From: Carcharhinus amblyrhynchos
Taxonomy: Eukaryota
DNA length: 64,000 bases
NCBI GenBank assembly: GCA_965287045.1
Contig: OZ336885.1
Span: 24,056,001 to 24,120,000 of the forward strand
Direction of reading: 5' to 3'
Position 1 is the first letter of the stretch, and the number at the start of each line of letters is the position of its first letter. The position numbers were made by a program, and so were the translations under genes. The notes under the pieces were generated by a model, which was not told where the DNA came from, did no database searches, and saw only the letters and a list, made by a program, of their open reading frames with translations. Below are positions 37,981 through 50,311 of the stretch, one piece after another.

Positions 37981-38278
37981 TTATTTATTAGTCACAAGTA
38001 GGCTTATATTAACACTGCAATGACGTTACTGTGAAAGTCCCCTAGTCGCCACACTCCGGCACCTGTTCGGGTACACCGAGGGAAAATTTAGCATGGCCGA
38101 TGCACCGAGCCAGCATGTCTTTCAGACATGGGAGGAAACTGGAGCCCCTGGAGGAAACCCGCACAGACACAGAGAGAATGTGCAGACCCCGCACAGACAG
38201 TGACCCATGTCGGGAATCGATCTCAGGTCCCTGGTGTAGTGAGGCAGCGGCGCTAACCACTGTGCCACCGTGCTGCCC
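37981..38278 (-). mobile_element. HE1-type V-SINE, tail type B, full length
   Basis: Head gggcagcacggtggcacagtggttagc (reverse complement); tail gcctacttgtgactaataaataa. Confidence 0.92.
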
Positions 38279-39443
38279 ATGGTTCCAACTTTCCGAAGCG
38301 GCATTTTCAAACTTCCCCATTACTTACCAGGGTTCGTTGAAAGGCAAACTTAAATGAAACGTTCCTTGTTCCTTGTCACCAATGTAAAACTCAAGAAGTA
38401 TGACTGGAAAGGAATGGTATTTACTGTTAAACACAAAATTAAGCCACTGCTCCATGGCGTACATACATAAATCCCAACCGGGACAATAATTCTGCAGACC
38501 TTTCCCAGTCCCTCCCTTATCAAGGGTTCTGGTGACGGGTTCCACCAGGGCAGGCCATTGCCTCTTACCACGGGAACTTGTATTCACTGAGCCTCACAGG
38601 GCGATCAATTAGAGATTCCCCATGGAGCTCATGGGGGTTATCACACCTTCCCGCCGTGAGACTCCGCACCTACCTGTTCCTCACTGGGCTCCTGCCTTTA
38701 GTCCCAGCAGTGACCATCGCTTCTGATGCGGCTGCTGAAACTACAGAATTGCCAGCCAATCGGATAGGCCGGATGCTCTCTGAGGCAGGACTTTCTCCTG
38801 ATTGAGGTGCAGAAATCCTACCTCGACTCAATCAACAATCCTAAATGGCTATGGGGAAGCTAGCATCAGAGTTCCCTGCTGACTCTTTGGGTGATGGGGT
38901 GGGAAACCCCACCATCTGTAAAATTCTGTTCCTGGTATTTAGCAGAAAATTTAGAAACTTGGCGTGTGGGGAATTAAAATGAATGGAGACAAAATGATCA
39001 AATGAACCATTTATTGGGATTATTGTCAAAGATTCATTCCAGCAACTCAACTTCCCAAGCTGCTTCTTTTTTACTCATTCAAGGGATGTGGACGTCACTG
39101 GCTAGGCCAGCATTTATTGCTCATCCCTAGTTGCACTAGAGAAGATGGTGATGAGCCACCGCCTTGAACTGCTGCAGTTGATGCGGTGCAAGTACACCCA
39201 CAATGCTGGTAGGGAAGGATTTTGACCCAGTGACGGTGAAGGAACAGGTTATATTTCTAAGTCAGGATGGTGAGTGGCTTGGAGGGCAATTTTCAGGTGT
39301 TTCTGATCCCATGCATCTGTTACCCTTGCCCTTCTACATGGTAGAAGTCATGAGTTTGGAAGGTGCTGTCTGAGGATTCTTGGTGAGTTTCAGCAGTGCA
39401 TCTTGCAGATAGTGCATATTGCTGCCATTGTGTGTCAATGAGT

Positions 39444-39743
39444 GCGTGGCATGGTGGCACTACTGCCTCATAGCACCGGGGATCTGGGGTTGATTCCTGG
39501 CTTGGGTCACTGTACATGAAGATTTTGCACGTTCTCCCCATGACTGGATGGGTTTCCTCCAGGTGCTCCGGTCTTCTCCCACAGTCTGAAAGATGTGCTG
39601 ATTAGGTGCATTGGCCATGCTAAATTCTCCCTCAGTGTACCCGAACAGGCACCAGAGTGTGGCAAGTAGGGGATTTTCACAGTAACTTCACTGCGGTGTT
39701 AATGTAAGCCTTGTGACACCAATAAATAAACTAATAAACTAAA
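39444..39743 (+). mobile_element. HE1-type V-SINE, tail type B, nested in the LINE
   Basis: Tail gtgttaatgtaagccttgtgacaccaataaataaactaataaactaaa; LINE sequence resumes on both sides. Confidence 0.9.
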
Positions 39744-40089
39744 CAGTGGTGGAGGGATTGAATGTTTGTTAATGGGATGCCAATCAAGTGGGTTGCTTTG
39801 ATATGGATTCCAAGCATCTGACCTACCCTTGCAGCCACAGTATTTAGATAGCCAGTCCAGTTCAGTTTCTGGTCAATGGTAACCTCTAGGACGTTGATAA
39901 TGGGGGATTCAGCCATGGTGATGCCATTGATTGTCAAGAGTAATGGTTAGATACTCTCTTATTGGAAGTGGTCATTGCCTGGTACTTGTGTGGCGCAAAT
40001 GTTACTTGGCAATTGTCAACCAAACCTGGATATTGTCCAGGTCTTACTACTTGGATTGCTTTAGTGTCTGAATGGTTGCGAATGACGTT

Positions 40090-40982
40090 TGTTATAATCC
40101 AGGTCAGGCACTCCAAGGTATTTTATGAAGTCAGCCTAGACCATAAGTTTTACACTTTGAATGTGGCATGCATAAGCTTAAGATGCTTCACTGCAGATGT
40201 GATTCAAATAACCCACTAAGGAGCTTTACTCAAAGCTTATTTAAGAATACAGTTAATACACAGAAGGAAAGTTAGCAAAAACTTTTAACAATTACAAACA
40301 AGAAAAAGAAACATGATATTGTATAAACCTTAACAGCTAAGTGCACTGTTCCAGCACAGCAAACCTCCTATAAACATACACCTGTCCCTTAGGCTTAGTC
40401 CAGAAAATAGGAATGTTCACATGATGCTGAATTTTCTAGCAGTGCAACACTTGCTACAAGTTAGTCCTGTGGATAGAGAATTGAAACTCTTGACTTCCAG
40501 TCGCTGTAGCTACCAGCCCACCTCGAGGTAAAGATAGTGCCACTTTTGCCTCTAGCTAGCAAGCCACCACGAACAAAATTTTCACTCCAAAAAGTAAAAA
40601 AAACTACTTCCAAATTCGCCAGCAGAATTTCTGATACCAGGGAGACACACAGAAACACTGTTGTCAACTTGGCTTCCACACACCTTCTAACTGGCGAGCA
40701 ACCAGACCTGAAATTAAGAACTCATGTGAAAGGAAACCAAAAACTGTCCCACCTGACCTGTCAATCAATTTTCCCACAACACTTCAAAAAGGGCCCTGAA
40801 GTCCCAGAGAATGCATTAGGTCCAGGTTAAAAATAAACAAAACCCCATTTAATTCATTTAGCAGCAATAAAAGGATATCTAAGCAGGCAGCTGGTGCCAC
40901 AATAAAAAGAAACAAAACTGCTTATAACTGCAGAGAACATGATTTAAAAAAATACATTTCTTAAAGGCACAGTAGTGTCACA
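40090..40982 (-). mobile_element. Solo LTR (probably Gypsy-type)
   Basis: TGTTATA...TGTCACA termini, 893 bp, splits the LINE at gcgaatg|tgctgaaca; flanks cgtt/tgct fit a decayed 4-bp TSD; strand is inferred. Confidence 0.75.
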
Positions 40983-42844
40983 TGCTGAACATCGCGCAAT
41001 CATCAGTGAACAACCCACTTCTAACCTTATGATGGAAGAAAGGTCATTGATGAAGAAGCTGAAGGTGGTTGGGCCAAGGACATCACCTTGATGAACTCCA
41101 GCAGTGATTCCTGAAGCTGAGAAATTGGACCTCCAACGATCACAACCATCTTTCTTTGGGCTAAGTATGACTCCAACCAGTGGAGAGTTTTCTCCCTGTT
41201 TCCTATTAACTCCAGTTTTGCTAGATGCCATACTCCTTGATGCCATACTTGGTCAAATGGTGTTTTGATCTCAAAGGCAGTCACTCTCACCTCACCACTG
41301 GCTTTCAGCTTTTTTGTCCATGTTTGAAACAAGGCTATAATGCGGTCAAAAGCTGAGTGACTTTGGTGGAACTCAAAGTGAGAGTCAGTGAGCAAGTTAT
41401 TGCTAAGCAAGTGCTTCTTGATAGCACTGTTGCTATCTGTTCTATCAATTCTTCTATCAGTTTGCTGATGATCGAGAATAGACCAATGAGGTGGTAATTG
41501 GCCTGGTTGAATTAGGCCTGCTTTTTGTTTACAGGAAACATACGGCCAATTTTCCACACTGCCAGGTAGATGCCAGTGTTGTAGCTATTCTGGAACAGTT
41601 TGACCAGGGGCATGTTCTGGAGCACAAGTCTTCAACCAGAATATGTCAGGGCCCATAGCCTTTACAATATCCAGTTCCCTCAGTTGTTTCTTAATATCGT
41701 GTACTGTGAATTGCATTGGCTGAAGACTGGAATGTGTGATGCTCGGGACCTCCAAAGAGGCTGAGAATGATTATCCCCTGGGCACTTCTAGCTGCTTGTT
41801 GCAAATGTTTCAGCCATATCTTTTGCACTGATGCACTAAGCTGCCAGCTTTGTGGAGCTGGGATAAAGGTAAACATACAATCTCATGTGGACTTACGACA
41901 TTAACGCAAGCAACATTGCTTAGCCCTAAACTCATATATACCATAACTGAACGTCTGATCCCACTGAATAACTTGTGGACCAGCTTTCCAATCTGGTGTT
42001 GCCTTAATTTTGTACTGCCAACCATCATGCCGGTTTGGCATCGCAATCCTGACCCCAAGTTATTTTTAGACAGGCTAGATTGGGGTTGCATTGGCTGCTG
42101 GCCAGCCAGTGGCAGGTAGCTAATTAGGGGGAAATTAATTATGGACCTATGAAGGCCCTGTTACTGCACTAACTGGGATTTCCGGTCAGCAATATGGGTT
42201 AGAAACACCGGCCCTGACCACAGCCAGAAAGCTGGAGGGCTCACGTTGGGAAAATCCGCGATTGATCCCGTGAGGGACCTGCTCATCCCACACACCCTCC
42301 ACCCACTCCTTCCCACTGCTGTATGCTCCCTCTGCACACACGACTCCACCTGCCCCATTCAGGGCACCCAAGCTACAGCTGCAGCTGCTGGCTATGCCTT
42401 GGAGAGGTTGTCTTTCTATAACCATGGCCAGGCAGCTATAGCCATTTTAAATTAAAGAAGAACGGACCTCTTCTTCAGAAGGCACATTCATGTTAAGGCT
42501 CCATTTCTGTCCTTGTCACAACATTCAGCTCCCATCTTGGCTGGTGCTGGATGGCTTCTTATTGCCCTGCCAGCCTGGCAGACCCAGGAGAATCTGGTCT
42601 CTGCCATTAATTCATCAAACCCTTTAACAATCCATTCTTGGGACACTCTCTGCAGGTTAAGACCCCGAAACAGGTCCCAACTTTGGGTTCCCAAATCCTG
42701 ACTGAAAATCCAGCCCCTGGTATCTGCAGAACCTCCACCTTAGTTATGGCGACTCATTGCCATTTGTCTTGATCATCCATTTTCCAAAATCCATTGTAAT
42801 GGGAGAGGAAAGTCCAAAGACTTTGAGTCACATTGTACAAATTA

Positions 42845-43342
42845 AATTGAATTGAATTGATTTATTATTGTCACATGTATTAGCATACAGTGAAAAGCAT
42901 TGTTACTTGTGCATTATACAGACAAAACATACCGTTCGTAGAAAAGGAAATGAGAGGCTGCAGAATGTAGTGTTACAGTCATAGCTAGGATGTAGAGAAA
43001 GGTCAGCTTAATGCAATGTAGGTCCATTCAAAAGCCTGATGGCATCAAGAAAGAAGCTGTTCTTGAGTCGGTTGGAACGTGACCTCAGACTTTTGTATCT
43101 TTTTCCTGACAGATGATGGTGGAAGAGAAAATGACCAGGATTCTTAATTATGCTGGCTGCTTTGCCAAGACAAAGGGAAGTGTAGACAGACTCAATGGAT
43201 GGGAGGCTGGATGGATTGGGCTACATTCACAACCTTTTATAGTTTCTTGTGGTCTAGGGCAAAGCAAGAGCCATACCAAGCTGTGATACAACCAGAAAAG
43301 ATGCTTTCTAAGGTAGCATCTGTAAAAGTTGATGAGAGTCGT
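42845..43342 (-). mobile_element. Rex1/Babar LINE 3' end
   Basis: TLINFYRC..(ESIL.GCITAW) motif; tail (reverse complement) acatgtgacaataataaatcaattcaattcaatt. Confidence 0.85.
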
Positions 43343-44249
43343 AAGGAAAAACATAGGATAAAGATGTTGATCGTTTGGTAGAGAAACTAACAGTCAACCC
43401 AAATTTCAAGTGTGATTTTAATGAAGATTTCCACTTTTCCATAATTGTCTTCTGCTGAAAATTCTTGCAAAGGTGACATTTTGTGCGGCTTTAAATGTGA
43501 CTGTTTTGATGGGAAAATGTAAGAGGTTCAACAAGTGCTGCCTAAAATGCAAGAATTGGAAAGTGCCTTGAAAGACCATATGCAGTGTCTGTTTACCATC
43601 GCAAACCCAACGTGAGACTGTTAAGACTGGCCCAGTGTGAGATTCAATTTTTTAAAAATTACTCTGCTAAAATAAATGGTGTCAGTAACAGGAAGTCAGA
43701 GCAACTGTGTTGACAGATGTCTGAGTAAAACAAAATGATGAGGGTTCTTGTCTCGTGACTGTCGCACTAGCTTTTAGAAATCGAGGAGTAATGTAACAAA
43801 GATAATGTAATGTAACACTAAGGACCACTGACTTACTGAATTGATAACCATTCTGATTTATTTTTTGTCAAACAAGTATGCTGGCAAGCATAAATCTAAA
43901 CTGAAATGGCTCAAGTGTGTAGACCTTGCTGCCATTTTTGCCACTTCCCGTGTTACTACCACTTAATGCACACTGACCAGTCTTTTCCAGTTATATTTAT
44001 GTGGCTGGTGACTGGTCTCAGGAAATTTTGGTGTAGAATTCTGAGAGTTTTTTTTCCTTGAAATAATTGATGATGTTTTTCTTTTCTAAAACAATTGAAA
44101 AGTGCTTGTAGCTTCTGCTGGGTATTCTGAACTGAAAAGGGGCCTTGCACATTTTATTTCTTTCTTCATGGGTGTCCTCCTAGGAATTCCACTTTGGGAA
44201 GAAGAGTAGGAAGGCAGAGAAAACGGAGCCCTAGCCAGAGAGAGAAAAT

Positions 44250-45060
44250 AGGCGAAGGTGTGCTCTCGGGAATTTTTACCCTCTCAACAGAGTTGACGGA
44301 CCCAGTACAGCATATCTGTAGTTCTTTGAAAAGCAGTGCGTAGGGAAGCTGCGTTTCTTTAAGGAACCTGCAACGAAATTGGTCACCTCCTGCAATATTA
44401 GCTACAATCGGCTGCCACAGCTAGTGCAGCATTGTCAGCTCCAGTCAAGGTCACAATGGTCCTGAACTTCTTTGCCTCTGGCTTCTCTCAGATTGTCAGA
44501 GGAAATATTGGCAAGGTCAGTTAGTCTGCAGGCCATGTTTGCATGAAGCAGGTGACTGATGCTTCATTTTCCAGAGCAATCATATTCATGAGTTGCCTCC
44601 TCAATAAGCACTGGATAGTGCTCAGGGCTTTGCACAGATTACAGCATTTATCCATGCCCAGGCATCATCAACTGGACCCGTGTGATTTTACACACTCCTT
44701 CATACAAACCAACCATCTTCATGAATCGTAAGGGCTTCATTGTCAATTAATGTGTAACTGGTGATTGATCATCAGCAATGCTACCATGACCCTTATATAC
44801 TGTATGAAACTTCAATCTTTCAACCTCTTGCCTCTGTGCAAGACCGAGAGTCCAACTGTGTGGACACAAGGGCTATCACCTGCACACTGAACCCATGGCT
44901 CCTGTTAGGAATCCGTGTTCAGCTGCAGAATGAATCGATTAGTCAAAGGTCAGTTCTGATGCCTGACATGTCTAGTGACAGTCTGCAGTACAGCCCAGAA
45001 GAATCCCTTCTGGGATGTCGTGATTTGCTGTGTGCCACACAGCTTTGATCCACTATCGTG
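44250..45060 (+). pseudogene. Decayed Harbinger/PIF DDE transposase
   Basis: YPLNRV..LRF; ALSAPVKVTMVLNFFASG; CMKQVTDA; GFAQI; FMNRKGF; INV*LVIDHQ; YHDPYIL; GHKGY...PVRNP; LQYSPE, all in the correct order with stops and frameshifts. Confidence 0.85.
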
Positions 45061-46749
45061 ACCTTCAGCGTGACAAGGAATAGGGCATTGATGACTTTAA
45101 GAATGTCCAGGAATTGCAAGTGAGAGCTTTTTAGAAGCAATTCATTTAAGAGTACTAGAATTTAGCAAATCCATCCTCCCTGCATTAACAATTGTCTGTC
45201 ATCTCTCAGTCCTTTCAACCTCAAATCAACTGCATTCACCCACCAACTAACATTGATATTCATATTAACTAACATTGCAAGGTCACCAGCTATGGCAAAA
45301 ACACTCCCTGTACAATTTTTTTTTAAAAATTGAATGTATTGGCTTATGGCAATACCCTATTTGTGAATTAGCTTCCTGGTGAGAACTACCAGTGCGAATA
45401 TTTCCTCTTAATTATTATGGTGCTTGCCTCAAGCATCAAGGTGTTTCCCTCATGGCTTTAATGTGGTCATTGGAAGAGTGCTTTGGCTCTCATGAGATGT
45501 GCTTGGTAAGGATTCCTAGATACTCAGACTGGAGAGGACTTGGCCTCAGACAGCAGCAACCTTGGGCAGAATCTTCCACCTCCACCAGGAGTGAGAAGGT
45601 TTGTGGATGGGGAACTTAATTTTGCATGAGGCCAGGGATCAGTTCCAGATTGGCAAGGTTGGCTTGTTCCATGATTAGCAGTGAGTTGCAGTGCATTATC
45701 CTCTTTAGGGAGCACCTGTAAGTGCCAGCCTAGGCTTCAGACCTAGGTGGTGGTGGCAGTAGAGGATGACCAGAGGAGGGAGGCCTAATGGGAAAGGGTG
45801 GAGCAGTGGCCAAGCAAAGGTGGAAGGGATAGTGCAGGCTGTTTGGGGAGGGAGAGTACAGATTCTCCAGTGAGAAATAATACAGAATGCCTATGGCTAG
45901 GAGATCCACTCAAGCAGACATTGGTCATACTTTTGGCTGGGAGAGTGGCTGTCTGGATGATGGTAGTAGTGGCAGAGGAAAACATTTAAAGGATGGATCC
46001 ATGGATGATCCTGAGAGTTAAGAGTGGAGTACTGGAGGCAGAGGGTATAGTTGGGGTGACAACAAGGGTGTCAGACCCAGGAGGGTGGCAGTGGCGAGGT
46101 CATGGTCAGGTATTGTGAGGTTTCATGGGGGTGATTGTAAAAAGTCAGGTTAACAGTGACCTCAAGGATGGAGGGGTCACGATCAGAATGGGCATCTAAA
46201 TTTGGAAGGTTACGGGCTCGGGGGAGAGCAAAGATAAAGATATAAAGTATAATAGGGTGAAAGGTAACAGGAAGAGCTGCAAGACAAATGGGGGGAGATT
46301 AAGAATAATGGGATGTTAGTGAAGGAAGATAGAGGGAACTTGGTGGGTGACAGCAGGAGAGTTGAAGGTGCTGGACCTTCATCTATGGGAAACGCACAGC
46401 ATTGTTTAACTCACAATGTCGCAATGCGGTTCCACGCTAAGTGTCAGGACTCAAGGTGAGAGGAGGTCTTCAATGATGAGTGAAGTTACTGGCATACTTA
46501 GTGGGCCAACTAATGGGGCGCTTAATAATCATTAGTCAGCTAGATGGAAAACCATGCTCAGGTGTGATCTCAGCTCAATAGTCAAACACCTGAGACAACA
46601 GCGTTCTTCCATAACTCATAGCTGTTATTCCAGCATTATTCCAAGGCAGGTACAGCTATGGAAGTGGGAAGTAGAGTTCAATGGGGTCCAGGTGGGGGAT
46701 GGCCCAATGTGCCAGGCTGGGTAAATAATGGCAAATAATGGATTGGAAA

Positions 46750-47180
46750 GGACAGGGTCGATCAGAAGTGTCTCAAGGGTTTTGGAGGGCTGCTTAGTAG
46801 TGTCTGAGGGAGGGTGTGAGTACATAGCTTTCATGATCCTGGTCCAGGCAGCTTGTATCCATGCACACGGATGTGTTAATGAGAAGAGCACTGATATGTA
46901 TCCCTCGAGTAGAGCCTTCACCATGCTGGGTGGGTGCGTGTGGTGGTGAGGGGATGGAGTTGAATGGGGCGTGGGCGGGTGGGGTGGTGATACAAGGGTA
47001 GAATGATGCGAGATACAGGCTTTCCAATTTGCTGAATTGATCAGGGACAGAAGGCAAGTTTCAGTCAATGGGATGACTACATGAGTCACTGCAGTGTGTT
47101 CACAGAGCACCTTAGGGATCCCTTGATGATGGCCGAGGGCAAACTTGGCATTTTGCTGTCCCTGGTTAACTGAGGAGAAA
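46750..47180 (-). pseudogene. Second, very decayed Harbinger transposase core fragment
   Basis: GIPKV..THVVI, NWK (for NRKG), HESYVL (for HDSYIL) and cccttgagac..ctgat motifs in order on the minus strand. Confidence 0.45.
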
Positions 47181-48011
47181 CTGGCTCAGGCTGGACCAGC
47201 ACCAAGAGCAGCAACAGCTGGAGCAGCAAGAGGCAGCAGTGGATGCTCTCAAAGCATCCTCAGGCCTCACCAATACCTAGGCCTCAATTCAAGATTAAGG
47301 ATGCCTCCTACACAGCTCAGGAGTCCTGCACAACAGATGATGAGACAACATATGGTGATCACATAGGCCCACATCACCCATGGTTGCTTGGCAATGAGGT
47401 GCAATGGCCATAACCGCACAAGATCATTTTAGCAATAAGCAGCATAATGAGACTGCCACAAGCATAAACATGGTACAATTATACATATATTTACAATTTT
47501 GGTTGATATTTACAGTGTTTATATGTGTGACTGTTTGTGCCTTTAATGTTTCTTTATTTTTCTTTTCCTATTACTACATTTAGGCGCACTCCTGACATCC
47601 TCAGCTGAGTTGGAGGCAGCCTGCTGACTGCTATATCCTATTCACTGTGATAACTTTGGCTGGCATCCTCTGGTATCCCGAGGCCAAATGGGCCCTGGCC
47701 TGCTAGAAGTGATGGGTAATGGAGTCACTGTTAGCAGGGAGGTGGAGCAGCAGGACACTCTTGGAATATCTTTGGATGAAGGCCCTGTGGTAACTGGCTG
47801 GCCATGCTCCTCCTTGTGGGTACCCAATGTCACTTCTCTGACTCCTTGAGAAGGGGCACATGAAGGGTCGAGGTGCCTTGTCCTTGTCTCTTCTAGCCAC
47901 TGCTGCATTGCATTCATGGCTAGAACGACAGAGTACAGGTCTGAGCACATATCTGGACACCACTGTGCGTCCTGCTGGAGTTGGGTCTCCAAGGGTGGCT
48001 GTCACCAGAAA

Positions 48012-48557
48012 GCACACCAACGCTTCTGCTTTCTCAGGAGGCTAAAGAAATTCAGCACGTTCATTACAGATGCACCATAGAGAGCATCCTTTCCATATTT
48101 ATCACAGCTTGGTATGGCTCCTGCCCTGATCAAAACTGCAAGAAACTACAAAGGGTCATGAACGAAGCCAGTCCGTCATGCAAACCAGTCTCCCATTCAT
48201 TGACACCGTTTACAGTTCCCTCGGTGCCTCGGAAAAACAGCCAGCATTATCAAGGACCCCATGCACCCTGGACATACTCTCTTTCACCTTTTTCTGTCAG
48301 GAAAAGGATACAAAAGTCTGAGGTCACAAACCAACCGACTCAAGAACAGTTTCTCCCCTGCTGCCATCAGACTTTTGACTAGACCTACCTTATATTTCTC
48401 TGCACCCTAGCTATTTCTGTAACACTATACTCTGCACCATCCCCTTTCCGTCTCCCCTAAGTACTCTATGAACAGTATGTTTTGTCTGTATAGCATGCAA
48501 GAAATAATACTTTTCAGTGTATTCCAATACCTGTGACAATCAAATCAAACCAAATCA
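48012..48557 (+). mobile_element. Rex1/Babar LINE 3' end nested in the Harbinger relic
   Basis: FLRRLKKF; YRCTIESILSIFITAWYGSC...KKLQRV; tail acctgtgacaatcaaatcaaaccaaatc. Confidence 0.88.
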
Positions 48558-48942
48558 TCCTTTCCATGGAGGCAGTCAGACACTCCGATGCCTGGTCATG
48601 ACAGCAGACAGGATGTGGATGGACTCCTCCAGCCTTTGGTCAAGCCTATTCAAGGCTTCTTGTATCTCTGCCTGGTGTTCCCCAGCCTGTCCCTGCATCA
48701 CCATCAAGTCTCTAATGGCTGAATCCAGAGGCTTGTCATCTGTATTAGGCAGAGCAGAGGCTTGGTCTCCAGCAGTCCTCCATGTATCAGCAGTGTTAGT
48801 GATGTGCTCACTAGGTTATGACTCTGAGCCTACTGTGAAACATGCACCCATCGAGATGAATATCTGTGTTGGTGGAGGATGCTGGTGAGTGGTGCATCCT
48901 CTGAGGATTCAGAGGCAACATCCTCAGGGCTAGTCAGTGACT

Positions 48943-49133
48943 GGTCCAAAGATGTGTGAGTTAGGTTGATTGGCCATGCTAATATTGCCCCTTAGTGTCT
49001 GGAGATGTGCAGGTTAGAGGGATTAGCGGGTAAATATGTAGGGATATGGAGGTAGGGTCTGGGTGGGATTATGGTCGGTGCAGACTTGATGGGCCAGATG
49101 GCCTGTTTCTGCACTGTAGGGTTTCTTTTTATG
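48943..49133 (+). mobile_element. HE1 V-SINE 3' half, tail A
   Basis: tccaaagatgtg..ttaggttgattggccatgc...gatgggccagatggcct..tctgcactgtaggg. Confidence 0.85.
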
Positions 49134-50018
49134 GTCTTCCTTGTGGTCTCCCCCTTTTTCTTGCTGCTACCTGGAATAGAGAAATGGGAGATTTAATGAG
49201 TACAGGTTTCGTAATTAAAGCAATGTCTCAAATTATGGGCATGGCTGACAATGTCAGACTGGAGGCACCTTCACTAACTTCTTGATGAAGTGCTGTCTCA
49301 CCTTCAACACAGGAACTGTCCAGCTCTTCCTCAGCTATCTCAGCAACCAATTCCTCAGACGGAATAAGGAATCTAATCTCTGGAATTCCACCTCCAGCCT
49401 TGGACTGCTCTTGCTTATCCTGGGTTTTTCTTGTCCTTTAGTAAGGCAGAAGGATTGAGTGTCATCCCAATGTTTGCAAGAAGCATGCGAGTCTATGGCA
49501 GCTTGCGAGTCCTTCCCAGTAAGTGATTAAGAGGCAGCATGCCCTGCAATTCATAGAAGATTAAGAGCATGAAGTGGCTGGCACACAATCAGTGCCAATG
49601 TCCCATCTGCTGGTGAGTTCTGCAACCCAAATTCTTATCTGGCATGCCTGTGCATGCACACACTTACACTGCCTAATGCCCTTATGATGTCTGTTTGCAG
49701 TAAGAGTAGACAATGCCAATTATCCTAACAGAGCGCAACAGATCATTCACCCTCTACTGACACTGCTTGGCTTTTCTCGAGTGGACTCCATAGTTGTTAA
49801 TCTCTGCTGTGATGTCCATCCACGGCCAGATGGGAGTGAGTGCCTACTGTTGCCACCCTGGGGAGAGAGCACCAACGGCCTTTCCTGGATGGCCCGGAGG
49901 AGAGATTCAGGGAGCTTCGTTGAACTGTGGGGCTGCACTTTGTTGTGTTCTCTGGGTCATTAAGCACAGCCGAAGCTCCTGGCATGCAGAGTGATTGGCT
50001 ATCCAGGTGCCCCTAACA

Positions 50019-50311
50019 GGTGACGTGGTGGCACAGTGGTTAGCATTATTACCTTACAAGTCCAGGGACTCTGGTTTAATTCTGGCTTTGGGTGACCTGT
50101 ATCAGTGTGGGTTTCCTCCAGGTGCTCTAGTTTCCTTCCATACTCCAAAGATGTGCAGGTGAAGTTGATTGGCCATACTAAATTGCCCATAAGTGTCAGG
50201 GGGATTCACAGGATAAACATGTGAGGTTACAGGGATAGTCCTGGGAGGGATTGTGTTGGTGCAGACTTGATGGACTGAATGGCCCCCTTCTGCACTTTCA
50301 GGATTCTATGA
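50019..50311 (+). mobile_element. HE1 V-SINE, tail A
   Basis: tggcacagtggttagc head; tail gaatggcccccttctgcact..ggattctatg. Confidence 0.9.

Larger units (their letters stand above)
39066..41870 (-). mobile_element. CR1/L2-group LINE (RT region to 3' tail), interrupted by a SINE and a solo LTR
   Basis: SAIKKHLLSNNLLTDSHFEFHQSHSA...VTAFEIKTPFDQVWHQG...LHWLESYLAQRKMVV; GVHQGDVLGPTTFSFFINDL; INVLEVTIDQKLNW. Confidence 0.9.

Noticed and set aside
44250-45060. Domesticated HARBI1-like host gene (and NAIF1/MSANTD-like genes at 36330 and 49745)
   Set aside because: Multiple stops, frameshifts, deletions and altered catalytic motifs indicate dead transposon copies
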